Source: a virus
Strand: one strand, 5' to 3'
Virus record (IMG/VR): IMGVR_UViG_3300044535_002275
Location: 32,001-96,000 of that record
Length of the DNA: 64,000 nt
In this document: positions 22,016 through 33,400 of the stretch, piece by piece
How the letters are laid out: each line of letters begins with the position of its first letter
How positions within the stretch are numbered: position 1 is the stretch's first letter
Notes under the pieces: model-generated
What the model was told of the DNA's origin: nothing
What the model saw: the letters and a program-made list of their open reading frames with translations, nothing else
Database searches by the model: none
Program-made: the position numbers and the translations under genes

Positions 22016-23223
22016 AATTACCTACAGATAAATTCTGCGTACTACCATGGATCAGCTTAGAAGCCAGTCCGATAGGTACAGTGCGTCCTTGCTGTTTAGC
22101 CGACGACGAAATCGTTGACAATGCCGGTAACAAATTTGAATTGGCCACAGCTAATTTTATAGATATACAGAACAGTAATCACATGCGTCAATTGCGGGAA
22201 CAATTTTTAGACGGACAAAAACCACAAACTTGTCGCAAGTGTTGGAATGAAGAACGATCAGGTCGTACTAGTAAACGTATGCATACACTGGATAGACTTA
22301 AACACATGTTGCCAGACCAGGATTGGACAACTGATGCCAAGTCGCTTATGTTTTTAGATTTAAAATTGGGTAACATTTGCAATTTAAAATGTCGTATCTG
22401 CGGTTCTTGGAGTAGTAGTCAATTTGCTGCTGAAGAACTAGGTCACATGAATCCAGCAGAAGATAAAAAGAAAACATTTGCTTATCAAATGCTAAAGGCA
22501 GGAGCATGGCCTAGAGAAAATCAACAGTTTTGGAATCAACTGGATTCTGTTGTTGACCAGATTCGATATATTGAATTCACTGGCGGCGAGCCATTTATGA
22601 TACAAGAACATTTTCAGTTACTGGAACGTTTAGTTGATCGCGGCATCGCTGGACAAGTTGAAATTCACTACAACACCAACGGCACACAGTTCCCAGAACA
22701 AGCTGAAAACATTTGGCAGCATTTTAAAACAGTAGAAATCGCTTTCAGCATCGACGATCTAGGCGATAGATTTGAATATCAACGAACCAATGCTGTATGG
22801 TCGGAAGTTGAGCACAACATTGCTAAATTCGATGCTATGCGTTTCCGTAATTCCAACATACAGTTACAGGCATGCATCACAGTCAATATATTCAACATTT
22901 ATTATATTGCCGAAGTAGCCAAGTGGGCTGCAAAACAAAATTTTAATTTCGTTTACTGGAACATGATGCATGACGCTTGGTATTTTAGCATTGCTACCTT
23001 GCCCGAATCGGCAAAATCTGCTATTACTCAACATCTCAGTCAACAAGATGTTCCAATACAATACCGAGCAGAATTTGAGAGAATTTGCGATTTTATGAAT
23101 CGAGGAGCTTCAACCGACGGATCAATACTACGAATGAAGATACGTGATCTAGATCATAAACGTAATCAAGATCTAAGACAAGTAGCAGCTGAATTTGCTG
23201 AGTTAATTGATTACAAATTATAA
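22012..23223 (+). CDS. Twitch-domain radical SAM enzyme #4
   Basis: CVLPW...PCC...CRKC, CNLKCRIC, TGGEP. Confidence 0.9.
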   Translation: MKLPTDKFCVLPWISLEASPIGTVRPCCLADDEIVDNAGNKFELATANFIDIQNSNHMRQLREQFLDGQKPQTCRKCWNEERSGRTSKRMHTLDRLKHMLPDQDWTTDAKSLMFLDLKLGNICNLKCRICGSWSSSQFAAEELGHMNPAEDKKKTFAYQMLKAGAWPRENQQFWNQLDSVVDQIRYIEFTGGEPFMIQEHFQLLERLVDRGIAGQVEIHYNTNGTQFPEQAENIWQHFKTVEIAFSIDDLGDRFEYQRTNAVWSEVEHNIAKFDAMRFRNSNIQLQACITVNIFNIYYIAEVAKWAAKQNFNFVYWNMMHDAWYFSIATLPESAKSAITQHLSQQDVPIQYRAEFERICDFMNRGASTDGSILRMKIRDLDHKRNQDLRQVAAEFAELIDYKL

Positions 23224-23226
23224 TAC

Positions 23227-24525
23227 ATGCAAAAACCAGAAACACTATGTATGGCACCGTGGACTCATACGTATCTAAGTCCGCAAACCGAAAGACGTAT
23301 GTGCTGTGCCAGCAGAGAGCCTGCTCAAAATTTTCAACAGTACATTGATACAAGTGCAGGAACTGGACGTTATATTCCAATCACACTCGATCAGCACTGG
23401 AATAGCGAACACATGAAAAGTGTTCGTCGTAGAATGATGGCCGGAGAAATCTTGCCCGAGTGCGAAGTTTGTAACGATAAGCTGTTAAATACAGATGTCT
23501 ATAGAACTTATTTTTGGCATTTGTTTAAACACAAGTATCAAGACATATGGACTTCAACTGACGACACTGGTGCAACTACAATGAAACCAGTTAGTTGGGA
23601 CTATCGTTTTAGTAATTTATGCAATTTTAAATGTAGGACTTGTGGAGACATGTTGTCCAGTGCATGGGAAAGCGAGCAACGGCAAAATAATATGATCGAC
23701 TGGTCGAATCCTAAAAATAACTGGATGCTACCGGAAGTTAAACAAGAAATTACTGCTTTTCAAGATAGACAAATAGAAGCCGAATTTGCGCAAGCAGTGG
23801 CAGAACATAGAGTAGAAGAAGTTTATTGGGTCGGTGGAGAACCGCTCATGTACGAACAGCATTGGCGATACATGCGTCAGATTGTCGATCAAGGCGACGG
23901 AGGACTTGTTTATGCTAGGTATAATACTAATCTTAGCCGCGTACAGTATCGCGGTATTGATCTTTACAGCGACATACTTGATCGTATACGTGATTGGCAA
24001 ATCTGTGCCAGTATCGACGGTACAGGAGCCGTCGGAGAATACATTCGTACCGGATTATCATGGCCTGTATTTTTAGAAAATTTCAAACGAGGTGTTGATC
24101 ACATGCGTCATCCTCGTCAGATGAGATTAGATTTTACATTAACATTACCTGGATTATTTGAAGTATCTAATATGCAATCAGCTGCTGATCAATTGGGAGT
24201 AGGTATTTTGGCCAAGGTTATATTCAGCTTTAGTCCAGACATTATCATGAGTCCACTGGCATTACCTCGACACATATTAGATAGAAAAATCAATCAGCTG
24301 GTAAAACAATTGCCCGCAGGTGCCTTGCAAGATTTATTGTTACAGCTTAAATCCAGACCTACGTTCCAGGAACAGTGGCCCGATCAATGGCGCGATGGAT
24401 TGGTCAAAGGCAAACAAAGAGTATTAAAACTAGAACACATTAGAAAGGATCGTTATACGTTAGGAGATATTCTAAGTGAAGATTCCGAAATAAAACAATG
24501 GTGGGACGATGTCAAAACAAATTAA
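23227..24525 (+). CDS. Twitch-domain radical SAM enzyme #5
   Basis: CMAPW...MCC...CEVC, CNFKCRTC, VGGEP. Confidence 0.9.
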   Translation: MQKPETLCMAPWTHTYLSPQTERRMCCASREPAQNFQQYIDTSAGTGRYIPITLDQHWNSEHMKSVRRRMMAGEILPECEVCNDKLLNTDVYRTYFWHLFKHKYQDIWTSTDDTGATTMKPVSWDYRFSNLCNFKCRTCGDMLSSAWESEQRQNNMIDWSNPKNNWMLPEVKQEITAFQDRQIEAEFAQAVAEHRVEEVYWVGGEPLMYEQHWRYMRQIVDQGDGGLVYARYNTNLSRVQYRGIDLYSDILDRIRDWQICASIDGTGAVGEYIRTGLSWPVFLENFKRGVDHMRHPRQMRLDFTLTLPGLFEVSNMQSAADQLGVGILAKVIFSFSPDIIMSPLALPRHILDRKINQLVKQLPAGALQDLLLQLKSRPTFQEQWPDQWRDGLVKGKQRVLKLEHIRKDRYTLGDILSEDSEIKQWWDDVKTN

Positions 24526-25600
24526 AATGACGCTTGGGAATTATTTAACCGGAGATAAATTACCAGTTTATATCGATGTTTACCAAAATTCACTGAGTGA
24601 AAAATGGATGGCTTCGTTAAATCAATTATTGAAAAATAATTATCATCTTGAAAAAAATTATTGTTTTTTTGGATTTGTCGACAACGAACGTGACGGACCC
24701 TATATACTAGAACAGATTAATAAATCAATAGCAGCTATTAATGCGTCTAATTTAGACTACCACATTGACGATTATTTTTCTATGTCGAACACTATAGCAC
24801 CTGGTGAAATAGGTGATGGCAAACCAGGAAGAAAAATTATTCGTGACAAGTTTAACTGGCTGCATAGATATTTTGAAGATCTTCAAGGAGTAAGTGGTAA
24901 CTTATCGCCGCACTATATCAAAGCCGATGCAACAACACGATGGCATATTAGACAATTGAACTTGCTGTGCCACGAGTTTGAATCCTGGGCACTGAGCTAT
25001 CGAAAAGTTGCACACGCACCTGAATGGCAACGCATGAGTCAGTTGATGTGTTGGTTACATGCTCCGAGATTTGTGTTAGATAACGAAGATTATGACTTGT
25101 TTGGGATTGAAACAATCAATAGATCATTGGGTGGTGTATACATAGGAGTAAACAAAGCTGTAGGTAAACATCACTGGGAAGTATTTTGTGACGAAGGTAG
25201 AGATTCCAGATTAGAAGAATTAGTAACTACATCATTGAGACCTCAAACTGAAGCTGCTGGAGATTTTGATATCGAATGGTCCAACGATCCTGGAAAATAC
25301 CACTGGCAACAAAAAATGCTAGGAGATTTTAGAACATGGTTAGTCAACAACGGATTTGATCCAGACGACAAAATGCTAACGATCGGGCACCCGAAAATTG
25401 CACAAGTTAATTTGCAAAAATCTTTCGGCACAGAAAATTATCAACACATTTGGAATACGCTCTATAAATATCTCGACGTGTACAGCATCGAAACCGATTC
25501 GGAATCTGCAATGTATGATTATCATTGGTCAGATTCTGATTTTGTTGAACGGCAAATAGAAATAATATTCAAAGGAAAAGCAAATGAATTGGCTGCGTAA
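24509..25600 (+). CDS. Hypothetical protein in the modification cluster
   Basis: 363-aa ORF overlapping its neighbours; His/Glu-rich segments (WLHRYFE, LCHEFE, GKHHWE); no family recognised. Confidence 0.65.
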   Translation: MSKQIKMTLGNYLTGDKLPVYIDVYQNSLSEKWMASLNQLLKNNYHLEKNYCFFGFVDNERDGPYILEQINKSIAAINASNLDYHIDDYFSMSNTIAPGEIGDGKPGRKIIRDKFNWLHRYFEDLQGVSGNLSPHYIKADATTRWHIRQLNLLCHEFESWALSYRKVAHAPEWQRMSQLMCWLHAPRFVLDNEDYDLFGIETINRSLGGVYIGVNKAVGKHHWEVFCDEGRDSRLEELVTTSLRPQTEAAGDFDIEWSNDPGKYHWQQKMLGDFRTWLVNNGFDPDDKMLTIGHPKIAQVNLQKSFGTENYQHIWNTLYKYLDVYSIETDSESAMYDYHWSDSDFVERQIEIIFKGKANELAA

Positions 25601-25685
25601 AATCATTGACAAAATTAAATTAGAAATTCGATATAGAAAGAAACTCAAAGAACTACGCAAAAGAGATCCGTTTATCTACAAATGA
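25584..25685 (+). CDS. Small basic 33-aa protein (not in the ORF track)
   Basis: MNWLRKIIDKIKLEIRYRKKLKELRKRDPFIYK*; AAGGA upstream and ATGA coupling to the carbamoyltransferase. Confidence 0.55.
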   Translation: MNWLRKIIDKIKLEIRYRKKLKELRKRDPFIYK

Positions 25686-27169
25686 AACATATCTTAGGAA
25701 TCAGTGCTGGATTTCATGATGCTGCTGCTACTGTAGTTCGCAAAGACGGAGAAATAGTATTTGCCGGACACAGTGAACGATACAGCAAGAAAAAGAATGA
25801 TGCCGATATTTCGTTAGAATTATTAAACGAAATTGACATGTCTTCTATTGATACTATTGCTTATTACGAACGTCCTGCAATGAAGCAACTGCGTCAACTC
25901 TACAGCGGTCAAGGCATTGAGTGGAATAAATTAACAGCTCGGCAAGTTCTTGAGAAGCAGCTGGGCTTTAATAGAATCAATGGTCGTCAATTACAAACTT
26001 ACAATCATCATTTAAGTCATGCAGCAGCAGGATTTCAAACCAGTCCCTTTGATCGTGCTACCGTAGTAGTTATTGATGCAATCGGTGAATGGGACACAAT
26101 TAGTATATGGGCAGCAGATTATAGTCGGATGGGTCAAGCAGTTTATAGAAAACTTTGGGGACAGCGTTATCCCCACTCAATAGGACTTTTTTATAGTGCA
26201 ATTACTCAGCGAGTCGGACTACATCCATTGGACGAAGAATACATAACCATGGGTATGGCAGCATGGGGGAAATCGACACATTCTCTAGCCATGCTCGATG
26301 ATTTATTACAAGATCAATCAGCTATTCGATTCAAAGATAATTTACATACCGGAATTGATCAATCTTGGATGTCTTCTGTAAAGAACGAAGACATTGCGGC
26401 TAGTGCTCAAGAACTTGCCGAACAACTGATTTACAATGTAATGCAACGAGCTGCTGAGTTTAATTGGAGCGATAATTTAGTTTACATGGGTGGAGTGGCT
26501 TTAAATTGCTTGGCCAATAGAAATCTTGGAAATTATTTTGATAAAATTTGGATTATGCCTTGCCCTGGTGATGCTGGTAGTAGCCTCGGTGCCGCTGCCC
26601 TGGCTCATGGTCGTCGCCTTAATTGGCAACATCCCTACCTGGGTCATGTTATACCTGGCGCATACCCTGTTGCTACTGCTGTTGATTGTTTGCTTGCTGA
26701 TCGCATCGTGGGAGTAGCCAGTGGCGCAGCGGAATTTGGACCACGAGCACTGGGCAACAGAAGTTTGTTGGCCGATCCACGCGGCCCTGATATCAAGGAA
26801 CAAGTAAATGAAATCAAACGTAGACAACAATTTAGACCTTTTGCCCCTGTCATCTTGGAAGAATATGCTGATCAATACTTTGATCTTCCTTGCGGTTTCG
26901 ATAGTAGTCCTTATATGCAATCTGTCGCCCGCTGTCTGGCTCCTGACTTATATCCTGCTATTGTTCACGTGGATGGCACTAGTAGAGTTCAAACAGTGGC
27001 TCCGGACTCGAGCTCAGGAATCAGACAACTGTTAGAAGCCTGGCATGCACGCACCGGATGTCCTATGTTGTTAAATACCAGCTTAAACATCAGAGGTGAA
27101 CCCATGGTCAACAATAGAGCTGACGCTGATAGATTTGAAAAATTATATGGAGTAAAAGTAGTTTCGTAA
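25682..27169 (+). CDS. O-carbamoyltransferase (NodU/CmcH/TobZ family)
   Basis: HDAAA, HHLSHAA, GGVALNC, EFGPRALGNRS, FRPFAP, HVDGTSRVQTV, LNTSLN. Confidence 0.93.
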   Translation: MKHILGISAGFHDAAATVVRKDGEIVFAGHSERYSKKKNDADISLELLNEIDMSSIDTIAYYERPAMKQLRQLYSGQGIEWNKLTARQVLEKQLGFNRINGRQLQTYNHHLSHAAAGFQTSPFDRATVVVIDAIGEWDTISIWAADYSRMGQAVYRKLWGQRYPHSIGLFYSAITQRVGLHPLDEEYITMGMAAWGKSTHSLAMLDDLLQDQSAIRFKDNLHTGIDQSWMSSVKNEDIAASAQELAEQLIYNVMQRAAEFNWSDNLVYMGGVALNCLANRNLGNYFDKIWIMPCPGDAGSSLGAAALAHGRRLNWQHPYLGHVIPGAYPVATAVDCLLADRIVGVASGAAEFGPRALGNRSLLADPRGPDIKEQVNEIKRRQQFRPFAPVILEEYADQYFDLPCGFDSSPYMQSVARCLAPDLYPAIVHVDGTSRVQTVAPDSSSGIRQLLEAWHARTGCPMLLNTSLNIRGEPMVNNRADADRFEKLYGVKVVS

Positions 27170-27173
27170 CGTA

Positions 27174-28193
27174 TCAAAGATACGTTTCTAAACCACCGCG
27201 TCGACGCAAGTCCTGAGTACAGCAACTAATACCACCATCCCAGAAGTAACTGTGTCGCAATTCGCTAATGATCGGTTCAATTTTGTGTTTGCGACAAAAA
27301 TCAAAAACTTGCTTGTTGTAAGCACTAAAGATAACATGTTGTTCATCTAATACCAAGCAGTTGACGTCGAACACAGTTTCGGCAACAAACCCCGTCCAAT
27401 TAGTAAGATATGTGTTTACGTAATTAGTAAACTCTGGAGTAGGAGTTTGTCCTTGAATGTACCATGCTCCAGGACTTTGTTCATATTTAAATTTACCAAT
27501 TTCCATAGCAGCCCAGATACTACTGTCCCAAATTTTACACACATCCCAACCAGGAAAATCTCTTGCTAGATTCAGATTAACATCGTGCTTGCTAGATAAA
27601 ATAACCCCAGGTTTAAGTATAGCAAATACAGCATCACCGTGACCGTCGGTTACTGCTTCGTGAATTCTATATTCTGGCCCTAGTACATTTTCAACAATCC
27701 ATTGAGTTTGATCTGGACGAAGAAAATCGCTATTGTCAAAAAAAACGTCTCGCCCTACACGTACAATACAACTAGCACTGGCGCCGTTTAATATACAATC
27801 CTGATCCCATGCACTTTTATGTGGATTAATTACTTGATCTGTATATTGCCCGCAAATCTCGTCTAGCTCGTGCATAGCTAATACACGTAACAATTTGTCT
27901 CCGAGAGTAATTTGCCAGTCTCTGGGAGTCAGTGGAGGTAGCGGAGCACCACCGCCTTCGGTTTGAAACCAAACAAACTGATCTTTAGGTGGTAAATCCG
28001 GCCGCAGTACACGAGCACCGTATTGTTCGATTGTTCGTTGAAGATTGTTGAGATCTTCTTCAGTTTCGGCTAGTATTTGCTGCAACTGATTGCGGACTTG
28101 AGGATTTTCAATAAAATCAAAATAATCCGGACTGTAGGCACGCCCTACAATAACTTCTTCAAGAGGTTGCCAACTGGTATAAGAATTGATCAT
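27174..28193 (-). CDS. Amidinotransferase (glycine/inosamine-phosphate amidinotransferase family)
   Basis: NSYTSWQPLEEVIVG start, PRD, HGD, C-terminal DGGISCCTQD with the catalytic Cys. Confidence 0.85.
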   Translation of the reverse strand: MINSYTSWQPLEEVIVGRAYSPDYFDFIENPQVRNQLQQILAETEEDLNNLQRTIEQYGARVLRPDLPPKDQFVWFQTEGGGAPLPPLTPRDWQITLGDKLLRVLAMHELDEICGQYTDQVINPHKSAWDQDCILNGASASCIVRVGRDVFFDNSDFLRPDQTQWIVENVLGPEYRIHEAVTDGHGDAVFAILKPGVILSSKHDVNLNLARDFPGWDVCKIWDSSIWAAMEIGKFKYEQSPGAWYIQGQTPTPEFTNYVNTYLTNWTGFVAETVFDVNCLVLDEQHVIFSAYNKQVFDFCRKHKIEPIISELRHSYFWDGGISCCTQDLRRRGGLETYL

Positions 28194-29380
28194 GTGTATT
28201 GTAATTTATTAAGTAAGGTATTTAAGCGATCAAATTTACGTTGATTAAATAATTTTTGATTGTGTTCTATGTCATCTCTACAAGAATCAAACCATTTGTG
28301 CATGTCTTGTTGTTGCAGTTTAGCAATAGAATCTCGACACTTAATCCATCTTTGGGTGTTATCAGATACAGTATCGTAATTGTTGTCTATGGCATGATCA
28401 AATGTTCGATATCCTAATTCTCTTAGTGCTTGTAAACTACCTGCACAACCTACAATAACAAAAGGATGCCCGTGTTTGATTGCCTTAAAGGTTTTTTCTG
28501 TTAGAAAAGCACCCCTGGAACTGTCGGCATCGTAATGAGTTTCTAATACTATACTGCAATAAGAGTCAGTGTAGTGATCGTAAACTGTGTTGTGATGATC
28601 GTTGTGTTGATCTATACTCAACGAGTCGCAAGAATACGGGCAATTGGACAAAAACTTGTAAAGATTATCTCTAATATTTAATGTATCAATTTCAATGGGA
28701 CAGTCAGATTCAGATTCCCCAGTTCCGAGCTCTGTTGAATAACTCCAAAAACTCTGATTTAGTAAATTTTGATTCTGCAGGTCTGTCATTACAACAGCTC
28801 GCCACCATTTATGCGTTCTTGATAACACAGTGAATTGCTGATTTCTTGAACGCTGATGTATTTCTGCTGCTGTCGAACTTTGATTTCTTTGCCAGTACAA
28901 CAGTTCGTGATCAGGAAACCAGGCAAATCCTTTCAACGACGCCGCTGCAGTATTGCCACTAACAAAGCGATAACAATTGCTGGATAATTTGTGTTGTTGA
29001 CACAACTGATCCAGTCTTTGTTTTATATCAGCAGGGCTATCGCCTTCGTGATAATAAAATAAAACTGTTAATTTTTCTGCCCGAAGTGATTCTGATACTT
29101 CAGCAGGCATAAGAGCAAAGTAATCAATTGCGAAATCAAAAAATCCCAGGCCTATGCAATAAAACGAATCAGGCGGCCATGATTCTTTGACCCAGTGAAA
29201 CTCGTATGGATAATTGTGTGTACGGCAGTGCTCAAACAACTCAACTGGAACAGTGTGTGGCCAGTGCTGACCAAATTCCCGCCAGGCAGCAGTATATGGT
29301 CTGGCTTGCCATGTAGTCAATGCAGGGTATGCTTTATTTCGAACAATCCGATCAACTACAAAATTAAATTTTGAACTCAT
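28190..29380 (-). CDS. GT10-like GT-B protein #2
   Basis: SIVLET...LTEKTFKAIKHGHPFVI...LRELGYRTF...DNNYD. Confidence 0.5.
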   Translation of the reverse strand: MSSKFNFVVDRIVRNKAYPALTTWQARPYTAAWREFGQHWPHTVPVELFEHCRTHNYPYEFHWVKESWPPDSFYCIGLGFFDFAIDYFALMPAEVSESLRAEKLTVLFYYHEGDSPADIKQRLDQLCQQHKLSSNCYRFVSGNTAAASLKGFAWFPDHELLYWQRNQSSTAAEIHQRSRNQQFTVLSRTHKWWRAVVMTDLQNQNLLNQSFWSYSTELGTGESESDCPIEIDTLNIRDNLYKFLSNCPYSCDSLSIDQHNDHHNTVYDHYTDSYCSIVLETHYDADSSRGAFLTEKTFKAIKHGHPFVIVGCAGSLQALRELGYRTFDHAIDNNYDTVSDNTQRWIKCRDSIAKLQQQDMHKWFDSCRDDIEHNQKLFNQRKFDRLNTLLNKLQYT

Positions 29381-30455
29381 TTAACATTCCAGTTAATTCA
29401 GTCCACAAAACTTCTGTTAGCCCACCATTATAAAAATGATTGTAGTTGTGTTCTACAATTGGCAAGCATGCACGATGTATAGCTTGTCTTTCTTTAACAG
29501 ATAACGAATCCAATTGTTTAAGTAATGTAGTTACACGCTCGATGCGTTGAAAATCATCAATTTCTTCATCGTAGCTTTCGTCGAATATGCTCGAGAAAGT
29601 CTTGAATCCATAACCTCGTAGATAATCAAGACTACCAGCAGGAGCTACTAGTACAAATGGCATTTCTAATGCAATGGCTTTAAATGTTTTTTCGGTGATG
29701 TGTAGTCTACGTCCAAAGTATACAGTTTCGGTCGGAACATAAACTAGACTATCGGCAGCTTCGTTAAAGTTAGTAAGCCAACAAGAAGTCATGTGCTGTT
29801 GTTCCTCTCCTGGAAATAACTTAGGCAATGATGCTTGATTTAATACTTGTTCAATGTCGTTATATGTGTTACAATATTTTTGTGCTATAACACTAATATC
29901 TATATTTTCATAACTACAAACTCTCGGAGCAGAAATCCAATTATGATCCAGCTTATTCTTAAACACATTATACAAAAACAAAACTCTATGGTCACGTTTA
30001 CCAGCAACTATTCTATTTGGGCTCATAAATGTGCGAGTGGGGGCACGGTCTCTGGCTCTTGGTATTAAAAAAGTTTTATCGTAACCACGAAACCAGTCCT
30101 GACAAGCCCAACCATGATAAAAGTAATAATGCGGCTGCCATCCATACTGTTTGATCAATTGTTCAACCGGTTCACCGATTTCGCTAACAACTACATGTCC
30201 TTGAGGCTTGGCCCAGATGTCTTTGTTTCTTCTGATTACATCATCAAATAAAGGTTTATGCAAATCCAAATGAATAGGTTCTTGGTCGTGAAAAAATACA
30301 TAATCGGTTTCTATGACATTGTCCTGCCCTAGGTTAAATAGACTGTCAGGATCACTGCGTCCTGGCGGATCACAAAAGAAAACTCTAGTTCCGTCTTTGT
30401 TTTGATTAATCCAAGGCCAGAACGTGTTGTTGTAAATTTCATCTATTCTAATCAT
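29364..30455 (-). CDS. GT10-like GT-B protein #3
   Basis: VPTET...ITEKTFKAIALEMPFVL...LRGYGFKTF...DESYD. Confidence 0.5.
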   Translation of the reverse strand: MIRIDEIYNNTFWPWINQNKDGTRVFFCDPPGRSDPDSLFNLGQDNVIETDYVFFHDQEPIHLDLHKPLFDDVIRRNKDIWAKPQGHVVVSEIGEPVEQLIKQYGWQPHYYFYHGWACQDWFRGYDKTFLIPRARDRAPTRTFMSPNRIVAGKRDHRVLFLYNVFKNKLDHNWISAPRVCSYENIDISVIAQKYCNTYNDIEQVLNQASLPKLFPGEEQQHMTSCWLTNFNEAADSLVYVPTETVYFGRRLHITEKTFKAIALEMPFVLVAPAGSLDYLRGYGFKTFSSIFDESYDEEIDDFQRIERVTTLLKQLDSLSVKERQAIHRACLPIVEHNYNHFYNGGLTEVLWTELTGMLNEFKI

Positions 30456-33400
30456 GTTTGATATTTTCTATCTAGGTAAAAAGCCCAATTTGTTTGCTCA
30501 CGAAAGAGCAGTGGATAATATTGAACAAGCACAACAGCTAAGTCGCACAAGATATTTTTGGATTGTCGATTACTTATCGGATTATACAGGGTGGGATTGG
30601 CTTTGGGAACCTGTGCCGTGGCAATCCCATCAGAGACATGCATGGCCCAGTCAACACCAGCTAGATTCTGGCACTTACCTTGTACCAAAATTAGGTTACG
30701 CAGAAACAAATTATCATACAGATCAAACTATAATACGTTTGCCGTCTTACGATAATTGGGAAATTCTAGAAAAAATAGATGACTTACAATGGGATTGGTC
30801 GTGGCATCCTAATGCGTCGGACCCTGCATACATTTACGATTTTGGTAATCAATGGAATCCTCCCGAATATAAAGCTAGTGTTCGATATCATGTTTCTGAA
30901 GCCACGGAAACAAAATACATAAGTCATATAAGAACAGTTCGTCTTCCGCAACCTGGTTTATTTAGGCACAATCTGGCTGTGAGTTCTTTTGATTATAGTT
31001 GGGAACCAAACCCGTTTGATCCGCCAATGACTTATGTTTTCGGAAATCAATGGAATCCGGCTGTATTGGAACCAACAGTGATCTACGATACACCCACAGC
31101 AACGGAAATCAAATATATAGATGATATCAGTGCTGTGGTAGCCAAGGATATGTCTCATTGGCAGATATTAGACGATATTATTGATTTTGATTACAGTTGG
31201 CGACCGAATCCCACTGATCCTCCGTACATCTATATATTTGGTAATCAATGGTTAAGTCCGGAGCAACGCCCTGCACTAAAATACGTAGTACCTGGTGCAA
31301 CTGATATCAAGTACATGGATGAACCCAAGGCAGTTCGAGTTGCAGATCCAGATAAATTTGAAACACTGCATGAATGTGATTTTGATTACTCTTGGGAACC
31401 AGATCCTGGATCACCGCCTTACGATTATGTATTTGGTAATCAGTGGTGGCCAGCCGAAATTATGCCTACTGTTAGATATAACATGCTGGGCGCAACTGAT
31501 ATCAAGTACATAGATCAACCTATGGCTCGTTTGCCCGAAAGGCACGATAACCATTGGGAAACTGTAATTGATTGCGAATGGGATTATAGTTGGATTCCAG
31601 ATCCTGGAGATCCGCCGTACATTTACGTATTCGGCAATCAGTGGTATTCAGCAGAAGTAATGCCCACAGTGAAATATCATGTTGCAGGAGCAACACAAGA
31701 AAAATATTTAGATTATCCTGCAGCAAAATTGTTACCATCAATTGAGTATTGGTCTATTCCTGAGGAAGTCGACCGTGTCAATATTGATTTCAGCTGGGTG
31801 CCGCACCCCAACGACGACCCTTATATACACCATTTCGGTAGCGAGTATCAAGTTAGTGTTGGTTTAACATACACTGTACCGGGTGCAACTGAATTGAAAT
31901 TCGAAGGAGAAATTCCTTTACTGTCAAAAGAGAAAAAAGCAATTGATGTAGTAGATATGTTTTTTATCGACCGAAGCAACGCTATGAGCAATACTAGATT
32001 CCAGGACTTGCAGGAGCGATATCCTCACATTCAACGAGTACGGTATGTTAATTCTATAATGGATACAATTAACCGTTGTTTATCCAAGTCAAAGACTAAT
32101 CGTTTTTGGGTAATAGGCAGCGAAAATGTCTATGACAATTTTGATTTTGCGTGGCATGCCCAACCGTGGCAGAGCTCGATGACTCATGTTTTTGGTTCTC
32201 AATGGAACAAATGGAGCGACACATTTCTAATTAACAAATGGGAATTTGAACGTCATGCCAAATGGGCCAAGGGCATTGAACAGTTTCCCAATTTGAATTT
32301 TGTGTCGGATCAAACAGTAACTGCACCGGCTGATGCTGCTGACATTTACGTTATTGATCACGGAAACTCGGAAAACAAACAGGTACTTGAATTCCTACAG
32401 CAACGTTATCGTGTGGTCAAGCAAGCTCGTTACTTTGATAATTATCTCGACACATTAAAAAGACTATTACAGGATGTTTCTGCTGAACATGTATGGGTAG
32501 TTTCTAGTATTTGTGATTATAGTAGATTTGATTTTAGTTGGCAACCAGAGGCATGGCAGCGAGACATGCTGCATGTCTTTCCTAGTAAAGAACAAAAGTT
32601 TGGTGACACATTTTATGTGCCAGTGGCAGCATTGCGAAATCAGATTACAAAATTGGAATTGCTTGATTGGTTTGACACTATAAACTACTGTAACGATCAG
32701 TGTGTACCTAGGTGGGACATGCCAGTCTTTATACATCAGCAGGATTCGCATGTTGATTTTGTTAAGACAGTAAACGTTGCAGCACCCTTGGTTTTGATCA
32801 GCAACAGAGAAATAAAACAACAGGATTTACCTACTGTTAATCTCTGGAGAGAAAAGACCAAAACAATTGTGCCACTCGATGCCGGAGGCACAGCAGTAAT
32901 TGTGCCACGCACAGCCATTGGATCAATACAACAACAATTCTACGATTATCCTTATATAGATAAGAGTTATCGGAGACTAGAAGATCACCTGCTGGATATC
33001 GTATTTCTAAGTAACGGTGAACCCAATGCCGGTGCCAACTGGCATCACTTGCAAAACATTGCAGCAGGCCGCGGCAATCGTTGTATAAGAATCGACGGTG
33101 TCAATGGACGAAGTGCAGCATATAAAGCAGCAGCCGCGGCCAGCGAAACACCTTGGTTCTTTTCTGTGTTTGCCAAATTGGAAATTGATCCTACTTTTGA
33201 TTTTACATGGCAACCAGATCGAATGCAACAGGCCAAGCATTACATCTTTAATTCCAGGAATCCAGTAAATGGATTAGAGTATGGTCACCAAGGTCTGATT
33301 GCTTACAATAAAAAGTTGGTATTAGCAACTGAAGAAATACAGGGATTAGATTTTACCCTGAGTCAGCCGCACGGCGTAGAACCTATACTAAGCGGTGTAG

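Noticed and set aside
16852-24525. RiPP (ranthipeptide/sactipeptide) cluster
   Set aside because: No Cys-rich precursor, RRE, peptidase or exporter; the neighbours are sugar enzymes.
30790-31910. Possible CRISPR array or DGR template/variable repeats
   Set aside because: The repeats are in-frame protein repeats of ~195 nt without unique spacers or A-specific variation; no cas or reverse transcriptase gene is in the window.
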